Positions 35,515 to 50,500 of a stretch of 64,000 bases of DNA are shown here, in pieces. The translations under genes and the position numbers were made by a program. The notes under the pieces were generated by a model. That model did not search any database. It saw only the letters and a program-made list of their open reading frames with translations, and was not told where the DNA came from. Every line of letters begins with the position of its first letter. The stretch's first letter is position 1. Origin of the DNA: Cirrosporium novae-zelandiae (Eukaryota); contig JAPETS010000058.1 in the NCBI GenBank assembly GCA_026023565.1, positions 1 through 64,000 of the forward strand, read 5' to 3'.

Positions 35515-38500
35515 ATGTTTCCTCATAAGAGCTCATCTACAAGAGATGAGACAATCATTTCAATCTTGGACAATGTCATGAACACCAACCCCAATGGTGT
35601 TGCTGTTGATTACGAGAGGGGATCACAGCTCACCTATGCCGATCTACGTCATCAAGTTGACATCCTTTCTCGGTCGTTGAGGCCGAATATCAAAGCTGGT
35701 CAATTGGTATTTGTCCTACTCCCTCGATCCTTTGCTCAAATCGTGAGCATTGTATCCATTATCCAGCTTGGTGCTGTCTATGTCCCTTTCGACATTGAAA
35801 TCCCCCAAGCGAGGCTCGAAGCTTTACTTCGAAGAGTGAAGCCCCCATTAATTCTCACAACCACTACCAATGCAGAGCGACTTAATTCTTGGGGATTCAG
35901 TGACTGTCACTGCGTCGATCCCAACTTGTGCCTGCAACAACCTCTAAACGAAACCGGGCATATAGAGCCCATTAATGTCAAACCTAATGATCTGGCCGTT
36001 GTCTTGTTCACGTCTGGAAGCACGGGGGAGCCAAAAGGCGTACAGCTATCCCACAAAAATCTTATCGAGCCTATCCGGTATCTTAGCAAGGCACAAAAAA
36101 TCACAAAGTCTGCTCGTATTGTTCAATTTGCGGGCTGCGCTTTTGATGTGCATCTTCTAGATATCTTTTGCGCTCTCTTCAACGGATCGACTCTTTGCCA
36201 GGTCTCGAAAGACAATCTCCTTTCACGACTGGCTTTCTGGATTAATCAGATGGAGGCAGATATGATACATCTGACTCCAAGTGTCCTGTCGATATTGAAT
36301 CCACAGGAAGTGCCGCTGCTGAAGTATATGCTTTCAAGTGGCGAGACAATTACGAAACAAATAATTGAAAAATGGGCACCACGTGTGACCCTAACAAATC
36401 TCTACGGTATGCTTTCCGATTTCAAAGTAGTGATGGCAAAGGATGCTAAAGTCTTTTAGGACCGTGTGAGGCCTCTTCAATTGTAGGCTCCCAATTAAGT
36501 CCGGGAACAGACCCTAGTGTCATTGGAGAGGCAACTCCGCACGCAAATCTCATACTACTTGACGAGCATGGAAATGCCGTACCGCAAGGGTCAGCAGGTG
36601 AGATTTACTGCTCGGGAGAAAGTGTCTTTCTGGGCTACCTGGGTAATAAAGCAGCCACGGCCTCCAAGTTTAAACTTGTAGGCCCCGAGATGTCATCATT
36701 TTTTGGAACGGGTGACTTGGCTTCTATGACGCCAGAAGGGAAGATTCAGCTGTTGGGTCGAATAGATTCTCAGGTATGTTTTTATCTGAGCATATCGCGT
36801 TCTTAGGCTCCTATATCCTAGAGAGTGGAGCAGTAGGCCTTTACTAACGGAATTCAACGACAAAGGTCAAAGTCAATGGACAACGAGTGGAACCTCTTGA
36901 AGTTGAACACGTTCTTTTATCTCATTGTGCCAAAGCTGTTGTAAAGGCACGAAAAGATGCGAATGGACAAGTGCGGCTCCATTCATTTGTGACGAAATCG
37001 CACAACTTCTGTGGACCTTCGGATCCCTGCCTAATCCTTGAAGACGAGGAGAGCTTTGTACAAAAGTTAGATGAGGTATGTCAGTCTTCTTTGCCCAGTT
37101 TTATGCTTCCCCAAATTATAGTGGTAAGTGCAATTCCCCTTAATGCGAGTGACAAAATTGACAACAGGCGACTGGATGATATATTTATGAAATTAATGGA
37201 TTCTGAAACGGATCCGACTTCACAAATGACTTCTCTTGAACTTCAGGTGGCTCGAATCATTGAGCGTCGGATATTTCATAAGATAGCATCCGTAGACCAT
37301 CATCTACTGTCATTGGGTCTTTCATCTCTTGATGCAATGGTTGTGATTAAGGAAATTGAGGAAACTTGTGCAGTGTCACTCCGGTTAAGTGACGTCATCC
37401 GAAATCCGACCATTAGATGCTTGAGTCGGATGGTGGAACAACAACAACAACACCAACGAGCAGGAAACCCAGTGTCAATAGCAAAGAAAAAACCACCCAA
37501 CAACTTTACTACAGCTCTGGAAAATCATCCACTACCCGAGAAGAGCTCAGACTTCCAAAGCTATCCGTACTTTGTGACCACTTCCACGGCTCAGGATCGG
37601 ATCTATGCTGCACAAAAATTATTAAATAACAGTGCATATAATTGCAATTTCGTTCTGAATATAGACAATTTTGAATTAGATCTATCAAAATTATTCGCTG
37701 TTGTTCGCTTTGTTTGTGGTAGACATGAGACGTTACAGTCAACTTACCATGACTATGATGACTCCATCTCCGGTAACAGTGATGCCAGCGACTACCCAAC
37801 CCCTCCACTGGCTATCCAGAAAGTTCACGACATTGAGAACTTGCAACCCGAGTTTGAGAGTTCTAGTCTTGTGGAATTATCAGACATCTCCACATCGAGT
37901 GAGTCAGGTGTCTATGATGTGGCGATGTCGATGATCAAGGACAAGGCTAGGCGGCTTTTCGACCTAGAAAAGGACTCTCCAATCCGAGTGGGAGTTTATC
38001 AGGTCGGGAACTCACATTTCATAGTTCATTTCAATATTCATCACATCTCAATGGATGAATGGTCATTTGGAAAGTTGTGTGAAGAGATTGAACTTGCTTA
38101 CAATGGATCATCCAGAGATAAATCTCAGTTCGGCGACCTCAGCACGAGACCTGTCCAATACAGCGAGTTCGCAAGATGGAGTAGAAATGCCTCCACAGGA
38201 ACAGTACGCCAAGAAAACTTGGAATGGTGGAAAGAGAATATTGGAGGAGATTATGCTTACCTTCGTCCTGCTGAAATCTCTCCAGTTACAGTGGACCGCC
38301 AAACTCAAGAGATGTTTCAAGACAATAGTCGAATATTTGTTCATGCTGCCAACCCGGATCATGTAAGCAAATTTCAGACCCAGATATGTAACTCCACGCC
38401 ATTCATAGGATGGCTTAGTCTTGCTCAAACTATCTTGGGACGTATATCCAGAAAACAGAAATTCCTCCTCGGCGTTCCTGCTACAGAGCGAGGCGAGAAA

Positions 38501-41500
38501 GCCACATTCCAGAATGTCATTGGTTTTTGTCTGAACACGCTGCCATTCCCTGTCACTCTTGATGAGTCCGAGACCTTTGAAATGCTTATGAACAAGACCC
38601 ACCAAACATTCTTCGATTGCATGGCCCATTCAAGCTCGTATGAAGAGATCATAAATCACCTCGGGGATAGTCGTGATAGCGGCCGTGGTGGTCTAGCAAT
38701 GTCAGTAATGTTCATATACCATGACATGCGGCGACAGGATAACGATACTACCGCGCCTTCTGCATTTTTGCGCGATGCCAATCCAATTCAGTTGACTGAA
38801 ACGGGTGCTGAATTCCCTTTGATCATTCATTTTGACCCCAATCAGTCGAACCCTCGCCTACTCCTACAATATCGCGCGGACACATTTTCGGAAGATTTCA
38901 TTGGTGGCATCGGCCGCGCATTCGACGTTATCCTTGGAGATGTCATTTCAAAGAGTTCCACGGAGCCAATATGTCAGCTAAATATTGTCTCTAAATACGA
39001 TATGCAAAGACTTGATGATTGGTCTGCAACGACCGAATTTTCATCTCAGATGCGTGAAACTTGGATTAATGGGAAAGGTACCAATCTTGTTGAACTTTTC
39101 AAACGTGCTGCATATAAATTTAGTGATGCGGTTGCATGCGAGAGCATTAACGGAGAGAGTCTGTCTTACATGATGCTATATCGAAAGGCTTCTGCACTTG
39201 CAAAGGTATTGCAGAAACGCCACTTGGGAAAATCGCGAGTCGGTATTGTCGCCATGGATAAATGCCCTGCGCTTGTTGTCTCGGTTCTTGCGGTTCTAAT
39301 GACGGGGGCAGCCTTTGTCATGGTAGATCCTACTCATAAAACTGTGCTGAACCAGAACAAAATCGAGGTTACTGATGCCAGCCTGGTCATTGTTAATGAT
39401 GACAGCACTTATACAATCAACGACTGGAAACTCGATAGCAAAATCGACATTGTGAATGTTACGTCGCTTGATCTCACGTCCGACACCACAGAAGAGTTGG
39501 AAATATCTTTAGACAGGTCCGATAGTGCTTATTTGTGCTTTACCTCTGGTTCCACCGGAAATCCAAAGTGTTTCGCAATTCCTCATAGTTCAGCGGCTGC
39601 CGCCATCATGGGATCTATTGAGGTGTTTGGCCTCCGCCCTGGGCTGAGATGTGGATTTCTATGCAACGTCACTTTCGATGTTGCTGTGTCTAATATTTTC
39701 ACTACTCTTATTTCTGGTGCTACTATGTGCATAGCTCCAACGGATTCACTTCTGACCTCTTTGGATGGCACCCTGAATACCTTGTCCGTCAATTATATTG
39801 AGACAACACCAAGTGTTGTGGCTACCCTGTCAGGACCCTCTCAGGTACCTTCTCTTCGAAAGATTACCCTCATTGGCGAACCCCCTTCGTTGAAAGTGTT
39901 TCAGACATGGGTTGACCATGTAGAGATATATAATTCTTATGGGCCTGCAGAGACAACAATCACTAGCCACGCACACAAGTATAGTTCTGATGATGACCCA
40001 CGAACAGTCACTCGAAATGTTGGCAAAATGTTTCCAGCAATTCGATCTCTTATACATGATGCTCAAGGGAGACCACTCCTACCTGGAACTATAGGCTATC
40101 ATATGATTGGGGAGCAAGTAAGTGGTAAATTCAGCCAGCTTAGCTCGGGTTATATTGCCCCAATATCTGCGAATAAGAGATTCCAACAACATAATGAATA
40201 TGGAAGGTTCTTCAACACTGGCGATCTCGCATTCTTTGATTTTGACGGAAATGTCAATATCATTGGTAGGGAGGATGACCAAGTCAAATTACACGGTATT
40301 CGATTTGATCTTGGTGACATTGAAAGTGCGATTGACTCTCTCCTGGATAAAGGCAGTAAGACCACTGCCGTCATTTGTAAACTTGTTCAAACTGGAGCAT
40401 CCGTTCTGGTTGCATTTTTGCAGCATCCTATTTGGGCAGATGGACCCAGACAGGCCGCTTGGCAGAAAAATGTCCAACCTGAAGACAATAAGCTGTTATG
40501 TTCTCTTCGGGACAAGGTTGAAGTGGTCTTGCATGATGTCATGATCCCCCGTTACTGGATACCAATCTGTTGGGTACCTAGAAGCAATACTGGAAAGGCT
40601 AATCGTGCCCTTCTTAAAGAGTGGTTCTCTGAGATTCAAGACCAGGACCCGGAAAGATTTAGGGCTTATGCTACACTGCAAAACCAGGAAACAAACAGTT
40701 CTATTCATGGAAGTTCTCTTCTCCAGGATCCATTAGGGCAGAAGGTGGTGCAATGCTGGAAGGAAACCCTGGGGCTTTCTGAGTCTGAGATCAACCCTGA
40801 AGCTTCGTTCTTTCACTGCGGAGGTGACAGTATTACTGCAATTCGATTCTGTTCCAAAATGAGGTCACAGAATGTGACCGGGTGTTCTGTATCTCAGTTG
40901 TATGAGACCCCTTCGATCTCTCGGCTTGTTGATGCTCTTCGTTCTCGACAATCCCTTGAAGATTCTCCGGAGACCTCAAAAACGGTTGACTCCACAGTTG
41001 AATATCCACTTCTCGGGTCGCGTCGGGACTATTCAGTTCTCTGCGAGCATATCAAGACCAGCCTGGCTGAACTTGCTATGGATAAAAGTTGCGTTATGAA
41101 TGTTCTTCCTTTACTATCAATGCAACATGTCATGCTCTTACAATCAATGGAAAACCCAGAGCTATATGTAACGCAAGTCATCTACACATTCGCTGGCTCT
41201 TTCGATATTCTTCGGTTTGAAAGTGCATGGAAAGCTGTTGTGAGGGCTCACCCGTCCCTCCGAACTACTTTCATGTCAATCCTTACGACCGATATCCTTG
41301 AAATACTTGCAGTAGAGACAAATGGCTCCGATCATGATAATAGCAGTATGAGCGTTTTGCCACTGCCAACTAGCGACAAGTTTGAGAGCACTCTGCGACA
41401 AGATCGTCTTAAAGGTTTCAAGCTCGGAGGCCCCATGCAACGAATGGCGGTATTTAAAGAAGCAGATGAGCTTCATCATGCCGTTCTAACGATACATCAT

Positions 41501-44500
41501 GCAATCACTGACGGATGGTCCTTTAATATTATCCTACATGAACTCTCAAAAGCGTATCAAGGAAATGAGCTATTCAACGGGCCATCTCCTTCTGAATTTC
41601 TGGCTTTTGATATGGGGCGCGACAAGTCAGAGGCAAAGAAGTATTGGCAACATATGATGGCAGACTTTGATCCATACTCATTCAGCTCTAGCGATGCGAA
41701 AGCTATTAGATCAAATGATATAACACCATCTACATTACGAATGAATGTGAAGACTCTTCATTCTGATGTGGTTTCCCAGTATGCTCGATCTGTTGGCGTC
41801 ACTCCGGCCACTATCTTTCAGGCCGCAATGGCCATTCTTCTCTCAAGAGCTACGAACAGAAAGGATGTCGCTTTTGGAGTTACAGTTAGTGGACGAACAT
41901 CTCCAGTAAATGGACTTGCTGACACGGTTGGCCTTTTCATGAATACCGTCCCTTTGAGGTTATCTGTTGAGGCCTGTGAGGATGTAAACAAATGGCTCCC
42001 GGATATTTCTAGAATCTTTTCAGCCGGCATGTTATATGATTATGTTTCCATTTCCGAAATCTTTTCCGACCATGCCTCGCATGGAAAGCTATTTGACTCG
42101 ATATTGGTATATGAGAATTACGCCACAGACACCCAAGATTTATTTGGGGAGAATCTCGCATTACAAAAGATTGATGGAAGAGAATTTTCAGATGTGCCTT
42201 TTATGATAGTAGTTGAGCATGTACTATCTGGCACAGACATTACCTTCAAATGGAACTCGTCGCTCCTCACAACACAGCAAGCATCCTCATGGCAGCTTCA
42301 GTATGCATCAATCGTAGAGGATATAATTTCTGATCAATCATTGCCATTGACAGTTGCCAATATAGGCCAGAAAAAACCATACGCCGAGTTACAACAATCG
42401 GTTACGGCCTACGAAAACTTGAAGCAATGCTCCAAAAATGTCGACTCTAGCGATACTCTAATATCACTCTTCAAGAACACCGTCTTAAAGAGTCCGGATA
42501 GTACAGCACTGGAAACACCAACAGGAAGCATGACATACAAAACCTTAGATCATGAGTCAGACGTTGTTGCTATGAAGCTACTAGAGTACGGGGTCAGTCA
42601 AGATGACATTATTCCAATTATTTTCTCTAGATCAACCGATATGATCGTGGCAATGCTGGGTGTCATGAAAGCTGGTGCATCATATTGCCCAGTAGATGTT
42701 CACACGCCAACTATGCGCCAGTTATTGTTGATCAGGAAAGTCGAGGCGAAATTTGTGCTCGGACAGGTTGATCACATGAGTGGCCTCTCAGCCATGCAGG
42801 ATTTGGTCTCCTTGAGCTTCCGGTTGCTCTTTTTTGACGACTTGCTTGAGGAGAGCATTGAAAATCTCGAACAACCTCTTCCGAAGATATCACATAACCA
42901 AACTTGCTATGTACTCTTTACTTCTGGGTCGTCAGGACAGCCCAAAGGATGCATTCTAAGTCACAGAGCTGTAGTAAACGTGGTTAAAGAGACCTGCAAA
43001 GTTTACCACACAGATTCATTTTCACGGGTATTGCTTTTTGCCAATTACATTTTTGATGCTTCAGTTGTTGATATATATGGTTGTCTCTCCACCGGAGCTT
43101 CGCTATGCATCGCTGATAGCGAAGATGTGATGGGTGATCTAGAGGGAATGGTGAACAGAATGCGCATCACCTCACTCCATCTCACTCCGAGCGTCATCAA
43201 GCTCCTCGAGCCAGATCGATGCACCTCCTTGAAAACATTGATATCTGGTGGCGAAAAATTGCCTCTTGCTGTTCGTGATACGTGGGCAAGCCGGGTTAGG
43301 TTAATTGATGGCTATGGACCTAGCGAGACAGCAGTTCAGGTTTCGGCAACGCTAGTTGAACCATCAAACCCTACCTCCGTCATTCCTCAACCTTTACCTG
43401 GGAACTTTCTTATTGTCTTGGATAGTCATCTCAATATTGCCCGAGTAGGGCAGGTCGGTGAAATATTCATTGGCGGTGTCCAGCTTTTCGAGGGCTATGT
43501 CGGCGACCCAGCGCTCACCTTGAAGGCTTACATATCTTCTCCCTTCGATACAGGGTCTCGATTATATCGTACTGGGGATTTAGGGCGATTTACTGAGGGG
43601 ATGGCAATCCAGATCCTTGGACGAAAAGATAGCCAGATCAAGTTTTCCGGCCAGCGAATCGAGGTCGAAGAGATTGAAAGCATTCTCAATTCGGCTCCAA
43701 CTGTCGCTCGCTCTGCTGTTGCCGTCTATGAAAGTCAACTTTGTGCTATCGTGCAAGCCAAATCGTCTAAGTCAACCTGTTCGATTGAGAGCTTGAGCTC
43801 GTTTTGTGCAAACCGACTACCTACTCTACTGGTTCCAACTAAGATTATTTTGGCAGAGGTTCCTTTAACTGCTAGCAAAAAGATCAACCGAAGACAGGTT
43901 CATGAAGATTTATCCACTAGGAAAGCTGAAAATAACAAAAAGAAGTCCTTGGACTCGCCATCTCTAACACCGGAAGAGGAATTCATTAGTTCCGTGGTTG
44001 AGAAAATACTTGGACGCCCAGTGACGGATGTCAATCTGGCTTTCCCATACATTGGCCTGAACTCTCTAAGCTTGATGCAACTGAGAGGGGTACTAGCCAG
44101 AAAGTACAGTGAGCCTTTGACATATTCACAACTCAGCAGAGCAGGTAACATCCGGAAGCTAGCAACCATGTTGAAATCAGCAAGGACGTCAGATATCACT
44201 ACTAGAAAAATCAAAGAGCAGCCAGTTACTGGTTCCTTTCCAGCACTGCCTATGCAGTCCCGGATGTGGATGGCACAAGAGAGGCTGCAGGACGATACGT
44301 ACAATGTCTTTAGTCTAGCTGAAATCGAGGATGTCAATTCCGAACGACTTTTGGAAGCATTAAAGAGTCTTGTGGAAAAAGTTGATATTTTCAAGATAAC
44401 GTTCTCCTGGAGCGACAAGGACAATTTGCTATATCAAAACTTACATGACTTACCACGAGCTCGCATCTTTATGAGGGATGTAAGTCACTTGGATAAGCCC

Positions 44501-47500
44501 TTTGAAGAGATTCAATCCCAATGTATTCTGGACAACAAACTGGTGTTTGACCTCCACAAAGGACCCCTTGCGCATTTCACAATCTACAACTGTGGGTTTG
44601 GAAAATGCTTCCTTTATTACAATATTCACCATATTCTTGTCGATGAATGGACTTGTCAACAGATTCTGGCCTCGCTGTCTAGAATCTATTACGATGATCG
44701 ATGTGATATTCGCTTTATTTCGGTCACTAATGCAGCGCAATCTTTCCAATCGTTATTCACAGAGGAACAGGCGGCAGGCCGTGTAGCCAAATTCGTGGCG
44801 ATGTTGGAAGATATTCCAGTATTGGATACTAAAGATTGGCCGGAGCCGTCAGTTGACTGCATTGATCGACAAACGCATACTGTCTCCCGCAAACTACCGC
44901 GAGCTAAGATTTCCTCTTTTATGAATACTTGTCTTACCGCAGGTATATCGCAATTTTCATCTTTTCTGTCACTCTTCCAACTGGTAATGCATCGGTAAGT
45001 TCAATCACGGAACGATATTAGTCCTTATCCTCGAAGTTCAAAGATTCCAAGAGCATGGATTTGCGCTAACGTGAGTAGGTACACTGCTGCAAATGATTTA
45101 TCGGTTCTTATACCTATTTCCACTCGAGGTAGTGATCCAGAAATGGCAGAGGCTCTTGGGAACTTTACCAACACTGTCCTGGTCCGATCTAATCTGCAGA
45201 AGGATGATGCGATCAAAGACTTTCTCAGAAGAACAGCAGATTTCGTTGATTTCGCCATGGATAACTCATTGGCTCCCCTGGAAGAGATTCTCTCTTATCT
45301 ACACTCTTCTGTGTCTGAGCATTCCGTAATGTTCGTCTTTAATGAATCGTTGGCACAACCGTTCAAGACCATGCGCGACCAATCTTCAAAAATTTCCATT
45401 GAACAAACAGCAATGTTTGATATTTGCTTCAATATCACAGGCCAGTTAGAGGATGTGTCGATTGAATTGCAATACAATACTGGCAAATTTGACTCGCGCT
45501 TTATGGAAGGTCTTGTTGAGTGTTACCTGAATCTGATCACGAGTTTGGACTCTCAAATAGACCACAAGGTACAAAGTTTGAACTTCTGCTCACCTACTCA
45601 TACTTCGTTAATTGATCGACTCTCAAACCTTGAAAGTGTGAAAGAGCCAGTTTCAGATTGCCTCCTCCATGAAATATTTGAGCGCCAAGCACAGGATACC
45701 CCCGATCGTATTGCAATCGATTTCTTGGATCGTGGGCAGATTCATGGCACAACATATAAGGAGCTCAATGAACGCGTAGGTTCCCCAGTTCCCCCGCCCA
45801 CAAATGTACTGACACTTTCTAGGCATCCGAAATTTCGGCAGTTTTAAAAACAAACTACGACGTTCAATTTGGTGATATCATACCGATATATGCCGACCAA
45901 GGCCCGGAATTTGTGGCAGCTTTATTGGGTATACTGAAGTCTGGAGCTGTATATACGCCTCTACCTAGGGACAGTACATCCTTAGCGAGAGCTGTCAGCA
46001 TAACCCAGAAATGTAACGCAAAAGTGGTCATTGCTGATGTGTTCACTATTGATGGCCTCGAAGTGTCAATTTTGAACGTCAACAAGCTTCCACAAATTTC
46101 ATCGGGAAGTGTAACGCCAACTAGCGTGACATCATCGCAAATTTCCTCAGATTTCTTTTCACAAAGAGTGGTAAGTGATAGCATCGCTTACATAATATGG
46201 ACTTCCGGAACCACTGGCATCCCAAAAGGAGTTCAAGTTACTCATGCTGCGGCTGTAACAGCTTTCTATGTTACAGCGAATGAAGTCTATGGTGGAATCC
46301 AAGATCGTGTTTTGCAGTTCTCAAGTCCGATGTTTGATGTATCACTCGAAGACATCTTCACTGCATTTGCAAGAGGAGGCACAATATGCACGGCGCGAAG
46401 TCATGATTTACTCTACAATATAGAGACTGTCATTTCTGCTTTGAAACCTACAGCTGCTGGTCTGACGAACTCAGTGATATCTCTCCTCGATCCAAAAACA
46501 ACACCCTTGAGGATACTTGTCGCAGGTGGAGAGCCTCTCTCTGGAAAAGTCAAACAAGCATGGATTGGCTCTTCAACTCGCCTCATCAACGGCTATGGCC
46601 CAGCAGAAAACACAGTCCTTTCGTAAGTGGATTTTCTCTAGACTTTCATTTCCAATGCTAATTTCTATAGTACATATTCCGAAGTTCAAGATTCTACCAG
46701 TATCTTGTCAATTGGGAGACCTATTTCTTCGGTCACCGCTTTTATCTTAGATTTATTTGAGAATCTCAGCCTGCCATATGTCAGAGGGGAAATTTTCCTC
46801 GGTGGCTCGCAGCTATTTGATGGCTACTTTTGCGAGCCTCAACTCTCTGAGAAAGTATTAATTCGACATCCCCGATATGGTACACTCTATTCAACGGGAG
46901 ATATAGCATACTACGATAATGACGGCAACATTAATATATCTGGTAGAGCAGACGATCAAGTCAAGATTCACGGACAGAGAATTGAACTTGGTGGTATTGC
47001 TTTTATGATTGAACAGCAAGCTAATGTGAAACGAGCAATCGTAGTCAAACATGCTGAACAGCTTGCTGCATTTATCACATGGACCGAGAATCATAAGACT
47101 ACTTCTATGGATGATTTTGCAATTCTAGATATCAAGGAGCCGAGAGTACGAGAACTGGTAGACTTCCTTACAACTAAACTCTCGTCTTCGACGGTGCCTG
47201 TGGTCTGGGTAGAAATTAACTCGGTACCCATGACGTTGAGCGGAAAGATTGATAAATCTCGCCTCAAATCAATGTTAGGCAATATTCGCACATCTACAAC
47301 TGACGAGTGGGTTCCGCCAGAGGGTGACGTCGAGCAGTCTTTGCATGACTGTCTCTGTCAGACTCTCAATATGGACTCGGTCAGCGTGCTAGCAAACGTT
47401 TTTGAGCTCGGAATGGATTCATTCCTGGCAATGGGTTTCATCTCCCGAATCCGCAAAGTCCTCCCACAATTTTCGGTGAATTCCCGCGACGTTGCCGAAT

Positions 47501-50500
47501 CTCTGAATCTACGATCGCTGGCTCGCCGGATTCAGTTAAATTCAACTGTGTCTATTGGCACTACTATGCAGATAGAAGTTCCACCTACTTCACAACTATT
47601 CGATTCCATCGAAACTCCCATTCCTGCAAGTTCAATGCAAGAACGATTCTATTTGTCTCAAATGGTCTTCGGAGATGCTACCTATAATTTACCTATAGCT
47701 TTTGAGCTTGTGGGCATTGACTTCGAAAGGTGGCAGCACGCTTTTGAGGACATTATCAAAGAAAATGCAATATTTCGCACATCTTTCCAATACACAGATC
47801 GATTGTGGCAAACCATACACAACCCTAAGAAATCGGATTTTAAAGTCTACAATTTCGAACATTTAGACTCAGAGGATGCCAAATGCCAAATGCAAAAGAT
47901 TTGCCAATCTGATGCTGGCCGATCATTTGATCTTCAGAAGCCATATCCTATTCGCTACAGGGCGTTCTTGGTTCCACAAGACAAAAAATACGTCTACATT
48001 AATATGCATCATATAATTGCTGACGAATTCTCAGTACAATCAATGCTGGCAGATCTCACTTCAAGATCTGCTGGCTTCGGTTATAAGGAAAAGTCTCAAG
48101 TACATGCAGCTCAATACGCAGATTATTCTACAGAGGAAGCGCGCATACTAGACGATTCTCTCAAGGTAAATGATTCATACAACTTCTGGAAAGTCTATCT
48201 TTGTGATGTTGCACCAACTATTCTCCCTCCACTAGCCTCATCCCAGGTCTACGAAAAGACTCACGGCGTCTTCAATTTTGATTTCAGTATACAGAAAAAC
48301 TTCTTGAATTGGTCGAAACGAGAAGGCATGACCAATTTTTCGGCTCTCCTATCACTTTTTGAGATTTTACTTTCTCAGATCTGGAATAGTAATGATCTAT
48401 CCGTCCTTATACCTGTGTCTCAGAGGCCATTAAACTCTCCCGACCCCTTCTATGGTTGCTTCATTAATACTTTACCTATCAGAGCTCAAGTTGACGGCTC
48501 GCATACCCTTGAGGACACTCTCCGTCGACTTACTAGAGAATTACTCGATGTTTTACAAAACTCTGTAATTCCCTACGAGAAAATACTTGGGCATGTAGGT
48601 GCCGACAAGGGCATGTTCAAAATCATGTTTGTCTATCACGAGGAACATCAGAGCCCTGATTCCGGTTTCCTACCTACACATGATATTCTCTCCAAGGAAC
48701 CAGAAGGAGTAGCGCCCAAATTTCCCGTCACCTTTTCGGTTAATCTAGCTCAAAAGGACACCAATCCATATATTAAACTCACAGTTGACTATGATCGCAC
48801 CAAGATCGATGATGAAAGTATAGTCATTCTCTGTGAACACTTTGAGACCTTGATTTCTGCAACCGCGCAAGCTTCGCCGCAAACTCTAGTAGGGTGTCTC
48901 GAGACATTGACCAATTCTGAAGCTATTATAATACATCAAAGTCTTCAATATCAGGTCAGCAGTGAACAAGAACGCTTTTATGTTCATAATCTGCTAGAAG
49001 CACAGGTGGCGCAGAATCCAGACAAGATCGCATGCGAGTTCGAGGGTCAACACAGGGTGACATATCGCGAACTCTGGGCCAAGATTGAGAATATCAGCAC
49101 ATACCTGGACACATATGCTACAGGTAGCAACGGAAAAGTTGGTATCTTTATGGAGGCTGGGTTCGACAGGATCGCTGCAATATTCGCCACTGTCAAATGT
49201 GGCATGACTTATGTTCCTCTTGAGGTAACTCTGCCTCCTGCAAGAAATGCATTTATAGTCGAGGATTGCAATGCTCGTGTGATTCTAGCCTCCGGTTGCC
49301 AGGAAAATAAATACCGACACGCTCTCGAGCAGCTAGATTCTGCCAAACCAAAACACATTCCGATCTGCTTAATTCCCGATCCAGTTCCCGTTCAAAAGAC
49401 CCCTACTCAAATAAACCCAAAAATTAAGCCCTCGGATCTTGCATATGTCTTGTATACGAGTGGATCAACCGGAAAACCAAAGGGAGTGGAGATTCCACAT
49501 AGTGCTCTCTCTAACTCGGTTAAAGAACACATAAAGCTTTACCGTTTGGACTCAAGTAGCCGCCTTTTACAATTTGCACCATGGACCTTTGATGTATCTG
49601 TCGTTGACATATTTGGCACACTTGCTGTTGGTGCCACTCTCTGTCTAGGACGCAGAAATTTCCTTCTTTCCCAATTCGAGGATGTGTTCAACATGATGCA
49701 GGTCACCCATATTGCCACCACACCCACAGTAATTAAATTGTTACCACCGTCAAAAGCGCCTTCTCTAAAGGTTCTTGCAATAGGTGGTGAGCCAATGACC
49801 AAGGGAGTACGTGATTTGTGGTCCGAAAGAGCTTTACTGCTGAATGTGTATGGACCAACCGAAACAACAGTTAATGTTCTTAGCTGTGTTGTCAAGCCTG
49901 ACTCCAATACAAGCATCATCGGGAAATCATTGGGTAATGTTCAAGCTCTTATACTAAATGAGCAGCTTTCAGAGGTGCCCATAGGCTGCATTGGCCAATT
50001 AGCAATTGGTGGCCCTCAGGTAGCAAGAGGCTATCTTAACAGGCCCAAGGAGAACAAGTCATTCATTGAACATTCTAGATTTGGAAGATTATATCTTACA
50101 GGTATGTGTAATAACTTACTCTAAAAGGGCTATGCTGACAGATGATAAGGTGATCTCGCAAAATTCACCAAGGATGGATCTGTACTTTGCTTAGGCCGAC
50201 GAGATACGCAAGTTAAACTCAGGGGCCAAAGGATTGAGCTTGGTGAAATAGAAGATATTGCCACAACTTGCCAGTCAATTCAGAGAGCTACGTCTTTTGT
50301 AGTGAACAAAGGACAGGCTGAAGGATTGGTCTTGTTCTTCACTATGGACTCGGACAACACGTCTACAGCCTCTGGTAATGGTAAAATGGAATTTCTGTCG
50401 TTAAGTAAGGTTGAAGCTGTAGTGGAGGAAGCTTACCAGACCATGACCCAGAAGTTGCCCCCATACTTCATCCCTAAATATTGGATACCTTCATTGGCAA

